DNA from: Gekko japonicus
Taxonomy: Eukaryota
Assembly (NCBI RefSeq): GCF_001447785.1
Contig: NW_015175410.1
Span: 152,230-216,229 of the forward strand
Direction: 5' to 3'
DNA length: 64,000 bases
Shown here: piece after piece, positions 11,571 to 23,892 of the stretch
Layout of the letters: each line of letters begins with the position of its first letter
Numbering within the stretch: position 1 is the stretch's first letter
Notes under the pieces: model-generated
The model's database searches: none
Told to the model about the DNA's origin: nothing
The model's input: only the letters and a program-made list of their open reading frames with translations
Made by a program: the position numbers and the translations under genes

Positions 11571-13589
11571 TCCCTTGCACGCTGCACTCACCCTGTGTGA
11601 AGTCTTGGGGCTTTCTGAGCCAGCCTCCTGTGCTGCTTCTGCGCACTTTCAGTGTCGCACCATGTACCCGCCCATCCACCCAACTTCCCCCACACCGGAT
11701 GGCTGGAGAAGGCAGCACTGGACCGGCATGCTGGAGGAGAAGGTGGTGCAGCCCCCCCAACTGGCAAGCCTGTAAAAACTCCCCCCGCCCCACTGACAGC
11801 TATGGCTCCCAGCCGTTGGCCCCACCAAGGCTTCTCTCCTCCCCAACAGCGGCAAGGAGCCTGCTCCACCCCACCCAGCTCCACGCGCGGCGGCAAGGAG
11901 CCGGCTCACCCCCACCAAGCTCCGCAGCAGTTCCCAACGGTAAATCCATTTCCTACGCATGCGCACAGAACGCGGTTTACTTTGGGGAGGATTTAAGTAT
12001 TCCCCCTATATTTTTTAAAACATGTCAGATTTTTGTGCACACCTGGGGAGTACCCCAAGTGTGCAGGAATATCTGTTGACCCTCCATGTCCCCCAGATCT
12101 GTGGAAATAAGTACCCGCACGCAGGGGGCCATGTTGGGAATTAGATATATAGATGTCATTTGGGGTATAAGACCTTCTGCCCTTCCTGGTTAAGGCAGAA
12201 TAGAACTTGGTGTTGCTAAGTGCTGTTAAGGTACTCAGCCCTGTATTTCCTGTTTTAATTGCAATAAACAGATATTCATCTATAAGCGTCCTGTGCACAG
12301 AACTGTATGATGGCATGAAGGGACAGGCTGCCGAGGGTCACTTTTCTGCCCCACTTCTCTGCTGGCTGCATCAAAGGCATCTTCGGTTCTTGAGTCAGAG
12401 ATGCTTAAATAGTACCATTGTGTGTATAGATTTTGTGTTATTAAAAAAGTGTGTGTGTGTGGGGGAGAAGCCCTGTGGTGTTTTCTTCCTACAACAAACA
12501 GTGCCCCATATTCTCAGGTTTAAGCAGAACGAATGAACACACACACACACACACACTTTTTAGTGAGAGAAATATTTTAAACCCAAGATTACACAACAAT
12601 TTCAAATCACTTATAGGGATTTGAACCACCATTACACATTGCTCCATGATACATTAAAGAATAACACAATTCAGCTCGAATCCCACTGAAAATTTCAACT
12701 GACTAGAAGGAATCACACCAGCAGAGCGTTACACTTCCTTGCTTCCTCCTTCCACCATAGCCCCAAACACCCCACAATGCTGCCCCTGGAGGCAGGGGAA
12801 TCCCAGGCGTGGATTCAGTAGTCTAAATGGGAGGGGGGATAGCAAAAATTGCCCCTTTTCCATCAGCAGAAATCCCGTGTCATCCAAACAGCTGTGTGGA
12901 AAGAGCTTTCCTAAGCAAGAGCCAGCATCATTAGATAAAACCTGAAGAGCCATGTTTACTCTGAAGCAAGTTCTGACACTTACTTCCAAGCAAGTATGTT
13001 TGGGATTGCAGTATCAAAATGCATCTGTAGGGGGCATATTTTGAGAAATGTTAAACTCTCAGGTGCTCAGTAACCTTCCCTTTTTCACAGATGTTGGCTG
13101 GAAGCAAGGAAATAGATTCCTCCTCTGAGACTCAAAGCTGGTAGTAACTGCTATAAGTCTGGTTCTGATGGCCGGCCCTGCCTCTGCAGCTGTCATTTTG
13201 TCACTTTGCACAGCTGCTTTAAATGCTACTACTAAAAATGCCTCTTTAGAGGCAATACTTTGCTGTGTTTTGTATATTTACCTCTTAAAGAGGTATACAG
13301 AAAGATGGGGGCAAGTGATGGTTGTACAAGCTGGTCTCAAGAGTAACTTCAGATAAGAATAAGCCTGAAAAAGCAGTCACCACCCATCAATCACATTGAC
13401 ATCTGGGGTCTTTTTGTTTTGTTAGAGGCAATACAGAAACAGGAGGGCAGGGCAAATGAATGAATGCAGATCCTTTAAAAAGAAAAAGAAAAGAGGTGGA
13501 TGGGTAGGAAAAAAAATGGATGAATGATCTACTTGCGCCACTTTCTTGCCAGAGAGTGACCACGCAAATATAAAGATTTAGGCAATTAT

Positions 13590-14627
13590 GACAGACAAGA
13601 AAATTAGTCTTTATTTCAATTAACATTTCTTGGCATTAGGCAGATATTAAATAACACTGGAATGCACAAGACTATTAACAGAGATTGACAACAAAAAGGT
13701 AGAAGGACCCTAGCGCATGTATACGCATGTGTGTGTATAATCACTTCATCTCACTCCCCCAAAAGCCATTTTAATGCTGCAGCCACTGCAAGTGGCACAG
13801 CAGTGAGATACGCAGAAGCAGAACTAGTCCTTGTTAGATTTCATTAATACTGTAAATGCTCAATCAATGATAAAAACGAACCAAGTGTTGCAGTCAGTAA
13901 TTATACAGTGTTCTAGCCACAAACAACTAATCATGTAATGTCTTAACAGCAATTGTGCTATTGCATAAATATCACAATTTAAAAAAAAGGTTTGAATAAA
14001 CACAGACAACTAGATGAAGCATGAATTCTACTTGATATATTAAATATGACCTAAATATTAAAATTTTACTTCACCATATATATATAGTTTATATATATAT
14101 ATATACACACACACACATATATTTAAAAAGAATGTAAAGACCATTATGTAAGTGCAAGCAATTTTCCAGAAAGGAAATTGGTATCATGCTTTTAAAAAAA
14201 ATCTACTTAATTTAGTCCACATTTCATAGCCATTTTCTGGGAAGCAAATTAATTGCCTGACATTTGCTGTGTTGGACAAAAATAATATATAGCATCTATT
14301 CTTAAGGGCTACTATAAAGTCACCCACTCATATTAACCAAGTGATGTGCAATCAACCCCTTTAACCTGTATGTAAACATACCCTTATGTTACATGTGGAG
14401 AGTGAATCACAACATTGTACGGGGTAAGAAAAATAGACCTGAAATTGTAGAAGTAGGAGTTGCATCAATGTTGTTGAGAGGTTCTCTTTCACTTGGATAT
14501 ACAGACAATCTGGCAGTGGCACCTCATCCACTAACCACTGAGGAATGGTTGAGAAGGCATCTATTTTACGAGCGAAGCTTGAACAACAAGCCAGTAATTT
14601 TCTTTGCAAACTGTTCAGGAGTTTAAA
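13590..14627 (-). other. HPCAL1: Probable HPCAL1 3' UTR
   Basis: AT-rich sequence with no recognisable transposon, running from the stop codon to AATAAA at 13615-13610. Contains a (TA)n(CA)n tract near 14076-14118. Confidence 0.6.
13610..13615 (-). terminator. Candidate polyadenylation signal AATAAA of HPCAL1
   Basis: tttatt on the + strand about 1 kb past the stop codon, followed on the minus strand by U/GU-rich sequence. Confidence 0.55.
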
Positions 14628-14834
<207 letters not shown>

Positions 14835-17800
14835 TCAGCTGCGAAAGAGTTTTAGGTGGAATATATACTCCTGAATTAATAAGTCAGGCAGTTACCATGA
14901 CAAACCAGTCTGCTGAGGTTGCATTTAGATGAGATTTGGTAAACTTAGTGTTAGGTTGTGTCACCAGCTGTAACACACACCAGTTTCAGATAATGGCCTC
15001 TGGACCATCCCTTTCACAGGATTCTTATTCAGGAAAATCTAGCAGACCAAGGAAATGTTGATACAATCTAGGGTACAGAATAATAATAATGGGAATAAGG
15101 ACCAAATAAGATTTTCACATCCTGTTACAAATCCAAACCAATCATGGCAAATACAACAATATGGGCCAATTTAATGGAATCCACATGGAAACCATGTAGG
15201 GATCGATTATTTCCTTGAATAGACCACTTGCAGAGGTGAAAACTTGAATAAATCCAGAGGGATGAATCTCACACAGAGATTTTTTGAAACTAGTATCACC
15301 TTCATCCACTCTAGCAGTGACATATGAACCAAAGTGCAGCCAAAGTATTTGCAATTCAGTGATCATTAAATCCGTCTACCGCATCGTAACTTGGCTATCT
15401 GAATCACACTTTCAAATCAAGGCGGAGCTAAAATAAGGGGTTCCTCCTGCAAATGGTATGTCCTTATACTACCTCTTAGTAATATCTAGTAAATAGCATG
15501 CTTTTATATGATGCAGGGAGTTTCCCTGCTATTACTGGCAGTAGCTAATAATTGGTGCTGGCAAACTCACAGCATGATGATGGGTAAAGGAAAAAGATCA
15601 ACAGTTCCTAAAATATGAAGTGCCACCCATCAAGCACTATCATTATATCAGCTTATTTAATATCTGATTGGGGGAGTTCAAAGATCTCTCCTACACGTTC
15701 CCCCCCCCCCAAAAAATAAAAAGTCTGCTGCTCTCTTTTTCACACACCTCATATACGGGCCAGGTCTATACATTACACAATGTGGCAATAAAGTCTTGAA
15801 CTCTTCAAGTTGCAGATATGGGATCCCATTTTTAAATGTTCCCCTAAATTAAAGAGTCCCCTGCAAGTAGATAGTTGGTTAAGAAGAGAGCTAATATCCC
15901 CTTTCCCTGATGCGCAAATGTTTCTACTTGTGGGGAACACTCAAGTTCTACCACCACTTGGGGGGGGGGGGAATGACACAGTTCTACCACCAGAGCATTC
16001 TCTCTCGCCTCTGCTGTACGTACAGAGCTGCATAGACCTGCAAAAGAAGTTATGCAGCTATTTTTGCCCAAGCAGGGGAGGAAGTTAGGGAACATTTTTA
16101 GAGCAGATGACTGAGATCTGGGTTGATCTTCTGTTCTTTTCTGTTTGCAAGGATCTAGCATGGGTGGGGCCAGAGACATGAGCCAAAGGGCTCATGGCTA
16201 TTGGCTCTTCGCCTGAGACCTTAAGTGGGTCAGTACAGTGGATTCAGGACGAGCCTAAGATGTGCTGCACTGTATTTTTAGATGTCGTTTCCTGTCTGTT
16301 TATCTAAATTGTATGTTTGTAAATTGTATTCTGTAGGTTGCTCTGGGTCTTCTTTGAGAGAAAAGAGGGATTTAAATACTGAAATAAACAAAGCACAGAT
16401 GACCTCTACAAGGCATCGTTTCATAACTGTGTTTGTTCAAACAATGTGGCAGGGCTGGAAAAAGTACAGCTGGAATATATGCTGCTGTTCATTTTTCTAA
16501 CAGCCACACGAAGGTCAACATTAGAAAGCCATTATCTTGTGCAGCAGCCATGAATAAAGCCCTGTGCACATGCTGTAAATGTGGAGGAGGGACAAATGCT
16601 ATGGTCTCACATCCTGCATGTAACGAAGTGCCACTGACCATGTCCATATTCACTCAATGTAGGCATCTCACCTAAAAGCTGTGCACGTGGCTGGTTCCAT
16701 CCCAGTGATGAGGACGATGAATTCTCCACAGTTCCCAATCACAGGGAGAGAGTTGACATGCAGTTAGGCTCTGCATCCATGTCCAACTGAACATATGTAA
16801 GAAGGACACAGTGCAGCCAGGCAGTGCATTGATCTCGTGCACCAATTAACCATGCAGGGTCACAGTTACCCCTTCTACTTTGGTTCTTCCACAGCTGGTG
16901 TGGCAACAGGGTACATTGGGCAGTATTCTTCTTTCCCTTTTTTGGAGATTTTATATATACTCATAGATGTGCTTCAGACTTCAGGAAAAGAAATTACTAG
17001 AGTTTATAAAACATTGGCTTTTCCAAATGTCTCAGTGACAAACGCGTATCAATGATCCAAGTAGGCAATTAAGCACAATGCATTCTGAGGCAAGTCTTAA
17101 CCCACTTCCACTTGTTCCAATTGTGGAAAAAACTTCCTCTACATTTGTTTTGCCAAAGGGAAGGATATTCATGTTGAAGTTGTGGGCTGCTTTGCATCTC
17201 ATAAATTCAAAAAAGAGGGCCTTGATACTCTGAATGCCATTAGCCTCAAATGCAATAAACATAGAGCATCTTGATAGAATTCACTTGTGGGGAGTTTTCC
17301 ATTACACCCATTCTATCTGCCATTTATTATTACTATTACTGATTTTGATGACAATTTGCACATATTTCTTTATCATTAAAGGATTAGTGATTCATAGCTA
17401 GTCTTCCTGCAACAATATCACTGTTCTATTCAGTCATAACTGGATTAGCTATATGTTCATGGTATGAGTGAAACAGTGGCTTGAACCCAGATGTAAGTTT
17501 TGATAATCACAACCTGGCTGGAGGCATTACTGAATCAAATATATAAAAGGTATTCAAATCTAAGCATTATAATGCCTCAGGCTAGACTGGGACAAACCCC
17601 GTTGGAGAAACATCTAGTTTGGTGGCAGTTTGAGACCTCAGCTACTTATTAAAAACTGATGTCAAGATCTCCAAGGACCAGGACGGTGAGACAATTTCCA
17701 GGAAACAACAGTGGACTGAATGCTTTCTTCCAGAGACTTAAGTGCCCACCTGTGTGGAGATACTTAAAGAACACCTCTGTCCTGCCTTATCTGCTTTGAA

Positions 17801-17973
17801 TAATAAGCACCATAACACCTGGAAGAGCCAACTTCAAAACGGACCTTTGGATACTCACTGTGAAGGGTCCTTCTCCTCTGAGGAAACAAGGACATCTTGT
17901 GGGTGATCCCCACTGTCCTATCAGAGAGGCAGGAACTAGTTTTATTCCTCTTCCTGTTTGGTGAGGGAATCAC

Positions 17974-18179
17974 CCTTTCCTCAGTTCGGATAACTCCAAA
18001 AATCAGTAAACTAGATAACTCTTAATCTACATGTAATAGAAACTTGAGAACGTTGAACACACAAGAATGAGAACACCGCCTTTCCTCAGTTCGGATAACT
18101 CCAAAAAGCAGTAAACTAGATAACTCAACCTACATGTAATAGAAACTTGAGAACGTTAAACACACAAGAATGAGAACAC
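17974..18179. repeat. Direct tandem duplication, about 105 bp x2
   Basis: CCTTTCCTCAGTTCGGATAACTCCAAAAA...GAATGAGAACAC occurs at 17974 and 18079. Confidence 0.9.
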
Positions 18180-18394
18180 TGATAGGTAAGAGGAAGCTTA
18201 TGTGAGACAGGGAAAGAAACAGACTGAAGCATGATTTACAATGACTTTGGGAGGGGCAAGATGTCCTCCTTTCCTTGGAAAAGAAGGACACTTCACATTG
18301 AGTATCCAGAGGTCTGTTCTCTCTCTGAGGAAGAGGACATCTTGTGGGACCTCACACAACAGTGAATTTTAACAATTGGGCAGGTCATTGCCTT

Positions 18395-19325
18395 TGTCAG
18401 GAACTATGTGCTGCAAGATTCTTCTGCCAAAGGCTGCATTGGCCGAATCACATAGGTTCATTTTGTAGTGCCTCAAAAATAGCAAGATTGATTACCTGTT
18501 GCTGCTCTGCATACTTCCCCAACTGACACATGTTTAGTGAAAGCTGCATTTGTGGCAGCACTCCTTACTGAATGCGCTATCCCAGGTCTTCTACCTTGAG
18601 GGACTTGTAGGCCTCAATGACGCATGCTTTAAGCGTAGCACTAATTGCTGCTTTTGATATCTTCCCACCTATGTTAGGAGCAGAGATGTTCATGAATAAG
18701 GAATCCATTTTCCTGAATTGCTCAGTTCTAACTAGGTAGGTCCTGAGAGTCCATCTGACATCCGGTGTATGCCAAAGTTGCTCCTTGAGGTGTATGAGAT
18801 TCAGACAGAATGACTGAAGGCCTATGAAATTTGGAATTGACCTTAGGTTGGAAGGTAGGACCTGTTCTGAGAACTACTTTGTCCTTGTGGAAGGTGCATA
18901 ACTCAGACTTGACCAATACGGCACCCAATTCTGGGACCCTTTGAGCTGAAGTCATCGCTACAAGAAAGATAGTCTTCACTCTCAGCCAGCGTAAAGCTAT
19001 TACTGTAATTGGTTCAAATGGATATCTAGTCAGGGCTGATAAAACTGTGTGTAGCTTCCATGTCAGAAATCTATGCATCTGAGGTGGTATATATGTATAT
19101 GAGGATGATTGGATAAATTGCTACCCTCGATTTGTGGAAGAACTGATGCGAATGCAGCTACTTGTCTTCTAAGCGTGGAGGGTTTGAGTCCTATAGTCAA
19201 GCCATCTTGTAGAAATGCCAATATCACTTCCAAGAAAGGGCTGAATGTATTGACTTTCTCATGCACCATCTACCAAATTCATTCCAAAAGTTGTTGTATA
19301 TTTTAATACCTGATGGTCTTCTAGA
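18395..19325 (-). pseudogene. DIRS tyrosine recombinase (frameshifted)
   Basis: SRRPSGIKIY..W..F.RWC; ILAFLQDGLTIGLKPSTLRRQVAA; WKLHTVLSALTRYPFEP...KTIFLVAMTSAQRVPEL...FHKDKVVLR. Manual translation further gives AHSVRSAAT (HxxR) and FLRHY (catalytic Tyr). Confidence 0.88.
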
Positions 19326-19932
19326 GGTTTTCTTGGATGATGCCGCTGTCCTGGACCCATTCCACTCTGGCTTCTGCCCTGCCCATGGGACAGAGACAAT
19401 GCTAGTTGCCCTTGCAGATGACCTCCAGGGACATCTGGATTGGGGAAGGTCAGCACTGCTGTTGCTTCTTGATCTAACAGCAGTGTTCAACATGGTTGAC
19501 TACGACCTTCTGACCCACCGCCTCACTGATGCTGGAATATGGGGGACTGCCTTACAATGGCTTTCCTCCTTCCTTCATGGTCGGGGACAGAGGATGGTAC
19601 TCGGAGAGAAATTGTCCCAGCAACACCCACTAAAATGTGGGGTGCTGCAAGGGGCTATCCTCTCCCTGATGTTATTCAACATCTACATGTGCCCCCGTGC
19701 CCAGTTAGTCTAGGGGTATGGGCTGGGTTGTCATCAATATGCTGATGACCCCCAGCTCTATCTGCTGATGGATGGATAGACCCAGAGGTACTGGACAGGA
19801 CATTACAGGCTGTGACTGGACGGTTTAAACAGAGCCAACTGAAACTGAATCCAATGAAGATGGAGGTCCTTGTACCTGAGTCGTGGGGAGCTGAGATTGG
19901 GAATCCAGCTCCGAACCCTTGGCAGGGAGTAA
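19326..19932 (+). mobile_element. L2 LINE reverse transcriptase fragment
   Basis: LDPFHSGFCPAHGTET...LLLLDLTAVFNMVD...GVLQGAILSLMLFNIYM...QYADD. Confidence 0.85.
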
Positions 19933-19934
19933 GC

Positions 19935-21011
19935 AGTGAAGTGGCTAAATTTGCGGATGATACAAAGTGAAGTGGCTAAATTTGCGGATGATACAAAGTT
20001 GTTCGGGGTGGTGAAAACCAGTGAGGATTGTGAGGCACTCCAAGGGGATCTGTCAAGGATGGGCGAGTGGGCGTCAACATGGCAAATGGGGTTCAATGTG
20101 GCCAAGTGCAAGGTGATGCACATTGGAGCCAAAAATCCTAAATATAAATACACATTGATGGGGTCTGAACTGGCAGAGACTGAGCAAGAGAGAGATCTTG
20201 GAGTTGTAGTGGATAACTCACTGAAAATGTCGAGACAGTGTGTGACTGCAATAAAGAAGGCCAATGCTATGCTGGGGATTATTAGGAAGGGTATTGAAAA
20301 CAGATCAGCCAATATAATAATGCCCCTATATAAATCAATGGTGAGACCTCATTTGGAATACTGTGTGCAGTTCTGGGCACCACACCTTAAAAAGGATATT
20401 ATAGCTTTGGAAAAAGTGCAGAAAAGGGCAACTCGAATGATAAAAGGGTTGGAACACTTTCCCTATGAGGAAAGGTTAAAGCGCTTAGGGCTCTTTAGCT
20501 TGGAGAAAAGACGACTGAGGGGTGACATGATCGAGGTTTATAAGATTATGCATGGGAAAGAGCAGGTAAAGAAAGAGGTACTTTTCTCCCTTTCTCACAA
20601 TACAAGAACTCGTGGGCACTCCATGAAACTGCAGAGCGGTCGGGTTAGAACGGATAAAAGGAAGTACTTCTTCACCCAAAGAGTGATTAACACATGGAAT
20701 TCACTGCCACAGGAAGTGGTGGGTGCTACAAGCATGGACGGCTTCAAAAGGGAATTAGATAAGCATATGGAGCAGAGGTCCATCAGTGGCTATTAGCCAC
20801 AAGGTATAGCTAGGGGCTCTGGGGCAAGTGATGCTCTGTCTTCTTGGTGCTTGGGGGGGGTCAACAGTGGGAGGGCTTCTAATGTCCTGGCCCCACTGCT
20901 GGACCTCCTGATGGCACTGGTATTTCTGGCCACTGTGTGACACAGAGTGTTGGACTGGATGGGCCTTTGGCCTGATCCAACATTGGCGTCTCTTATGTTC
21001 TTATGTTCTTA
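19935..21011 (+). mobile_element. Young CR1 LINE, 5'-truncated
   Basis: Uninterrupted ORF KFADDTKL...PLYKSMVRPHLEYCVQFW...WNSLP, followed by a 3' UTR and (TTATGTTC)n tail. Confidence 0.95.
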
Positions 21012-21051
21012 AATGTAGGAGCAGGACCAGGGTACTTTAATCCATCAGGGA

Positions 21052-21628
21052 NNNNNNNNNNNNNNNNNNNNNNNNNNNNNNNNNNNNNNNNNNNNNNNNN
21101 NNNNNNNNNNNNNNNNNNNNNNNNNNNNNNNNNNNNNNNNNNNNNNNNNNNNNNNNNNNNNNNNNNNNNNNNNNNNNNNNNNNNNNNNNNNNNNNNNNNN
21201 NNNNNNNNNNNNNNNNNNNNNNNNNNNNNNNNNNNNNNNNNNNNNNNNNNNNNNNNNNNNNNNNNNNNNNNNNNNNNNNNNNNNNNNNNNNNNNNNNNNN
21301 NNNNNNNNNNNNNNNNNNNNNNNNNNNNNNNNNNNNNNNNNNNNNNNNNNNNNNNNNNNNNNNNNNNNNNNNNNNNNNNNNNNNNNNNNNNNNNNNNNNN
21401 NNNNNNNNNNNNNNNNNNNNNNNNNNNNNNNNNNNNNNNNNNNNNNNNNNNNNNNNNNNNNNNNNNNNNNNNNNNNNNNNNNNNNNNNNNNNNNNNNNNN
21501 NNNNNNNNNNNNNNNNNNNNNNNNNNNNNNNNNNNNNNNNNNNNNNNNNNNNNNNNNNNNNNNNNNNNNNNNNNNNNNNNNNNNNNNNNNNNNNNNNNNN
21601 NNNNNNNNNNNNNNNNNNNNNNNNNNNN
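21052..21628. other. Assembly gap (N run)
   Basis: Continuous N characters. Confidence 1.
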
Positions 21629-21649
21629 CCCCCCGGACTACTTTGACCA

Positions 21650-22640
21650 TCATGCCTTTGGGGATTTACCCTCACGGTCTGATCTTTCTGGTCTGGCAGT
21701 TGATTGCTTGGGAAATCTTGGACTGAATGATCCCCTTTTGAATGTTTGTCTGAAGGATCCCTGGTTGGCTCTTTCGGAGTCTTGTTTAAGTCTGGAAAGT
21801 GTATGTTGGGAGCAAAAAGAAAAATTACCAAAAGATCTCCTACTGGCACATCTGAGCATCTTAGGCATTGCCTTCTTCTGGTCTCTGGTCTCAGTCAGTA
21901 TTTTGTCAAGGGCATCTCCGAACAGTCTATCAACCCTGGAAGTGATAGGCTGTAACGATATTTTTGGAGTGGAGGTCTGCTTGCCATGCTTGCAGCCAGA
22001 GCACCCTCTTTGCGGCTGCTGCTGTGGCCAATGCTCTTGATGAGAAGATCATGATAACAAAGGTAGCTTCCATTGTAAAGGCATTGGCTTTCAAAAATTC
22101 TGTTAGCCCCCTCTAAGAGTCTCCTGCTGTTTTGTGGAAATAGTTGAATCTGTTTCCTAATCCATACGATGGCTGTCCTGGAGACAATGGAGGCTGTGAC
22201 TGAGGCTTTGATAGCCATGGCGATAGCCTCACATGTCTTCTTCAGAGCTGTTTCTGCTCTTTTGTCAAAGTTGTCTCTGAGTGACTCCTGGCCATCTTCA
22301 GAGAGAAGACCATATGACTGAAGGGCAAAAAACCAGGGCATCCACTAGGGGAACTTGTAAAATCTCATTTGCACATAATGGCAATGCATAGAGTTCCTTA
22401 ACAAAATTAGGAAATCGGCAATTGGTGATTGGCTTTGCCCATTCTGCCTTAAGGTGTCTTTCAAAAAATTCAGGGAGAGGGAGTACCCTCTCTGATGGAT
22501 TAAATCTGGGGAAGAATTCCTTGTTCCCCCTGAGTCTAGATTTTGACTTTGACTTTGATCAGAGGGGAGTCTTGGAGTTCCAGTGTTTACAGGGTCTTCT
22601 GGCTTAAAAACACGCAGACTGTTCTGGCACACTGATCCCT
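21650..22640 (-). pseudogene. DIRS gag-like ORF remnant (LAP2alpha-like domain)
   Basis: SEDGQESLRDNFDKRAETALKKTCEAIAMAIKASVTASIVSRTAIVW resembles vertebrate DIRS gag / LAP2alpha. It lies between the ITRs, on the same strand as the YR. Confidence 0.7.
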
Positions 22641-23044
22641 TCGTCTTCTTCGTCCGAGAAAAAAAAATCCCTGCTCCTCCCTGTCCTCTGTTTCAGTATC
22701 AGAGGAACGATGCCTCTCCCAGTGAGCCTCCCTACTCCTCTTTCCACCAGAAGTTTGTTTCTGGGCAGCTTTGGCTGTTCACTCAGTGCCCCTATTGTGG
22801 GAAGCAACATCCAGCCTGGGAGTGGCGGGGAGAGGAAGAATTGGACTGGACCCTGTAAGAGACTAAGCCTTCTTTGTGACAGAAACCATACATCTCCTCC
22901 TCATAGGTAGTCTAAACATATTCATAATTGCTGAGGAAATGCCCATCACCCTGGAGCCAGGTACATCCACCTGAAGAGCGATGTCCAACTGGATTGCAGA
23001 GGCTTGACCCGAAAAAGGCAGCTCTACTCCTGGTTCTCCCAGCT

Positions 23045-23892
23045 TTTGTTATTGTTGTTCAGTCGCACAGTTGAGTCCGACTCTTCACAACCCCATGGAC
23101 CAGATCACGCCAGGCCTTCCTGTCTTCTGCCGTCCTCTGAAGTTGGCTCAATTTCATGTTCGTTGCATTGATGACACTAACCATCTCATCCTTTGCTGTC
23201 CCCGTCTTCTTTGACCTTCAATCTTTCCCAGCAACAGGGTCTTCTCCAATGAGTGCTCCCTTCTCATTTGGTGGCCAAAGTATTTGAGCTTCAGTTTCAT
23301 TATCTGGCCTTCCAGGGAACAGTCAGGGTTGATTACTTTTAGGATTGACTGATTTGATCTTCTTGCAGTCCAAGGGACTCTCAAGAGTCTTCTCCAGCAC
23401 CATAGTTCAAAAGAATCTATTCTTCGGTGCTCGGCCTTCCCTATAGTCCAGCTCTCGCAGCCATACATGACTACTGGGAATACCATTGTTTTGACCATGC
23501 GGACTTTTGTTGGCAGGGTGATGTCTCTACTTTTTATCATGCTGTTTAGGTTCGCCATCGCTTTCCTCCCAAGGAGCAGGCGTCTTTTAATTTCATGACT
23601 GCTGTCACAGTCTGCGGTGATCTGGGATCCTAGGAACGAGAAGTCTGTCACTACTTACACGACTTCCCCTTCTATTTGCCAAGGAGTGATGGGGCCGGAT
23701 GCCATGATCTTAGTTTTTTTGATGTTGAGCTTCAAGCCCACTTTTGCGCTCTCCTTTTTTTCTCCCTGAGCAAGAGGCTCTTAAGGTCCTCTTCACTTTC
23801 TGCCATTAGAGTGGTATCGTCTGCATATCTGAGGTTGTTGATCTTTTCCCCAGCAATCTTAATTCCCGCTTGTGATTCATCCAGGCCAGCAT
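23045..23892 (-). mobile_element. RTE-BovB LINE, 5'-truncated, inserted in the DIRS element
   Basis: ORF 23154-23651 is BovB-type. 11-bp TSD TTCTCCCAGCT (23034-23044, 23893-23903). Confidence 0.93.

Noticed and set aside
1-13500. ODC1 exons, expected from mammalian synteny next to the HPCAL1 3' end
   Set aside because: I found no ODC1-like peptide in the ORF track or by eye; it may lie outside the window.
17974-18179. CRISPR-like array (also considered for 27462-27765 and 36932-37106)
   Set aside because: Only 2-3 long units with no unique spacers and no cas genes, in a vertebrate context.
21003-22040. Long ORFs of 345, 270 and 202 aa in the ORF track
   Set aside because: They are artefacts of reading through the N gap.
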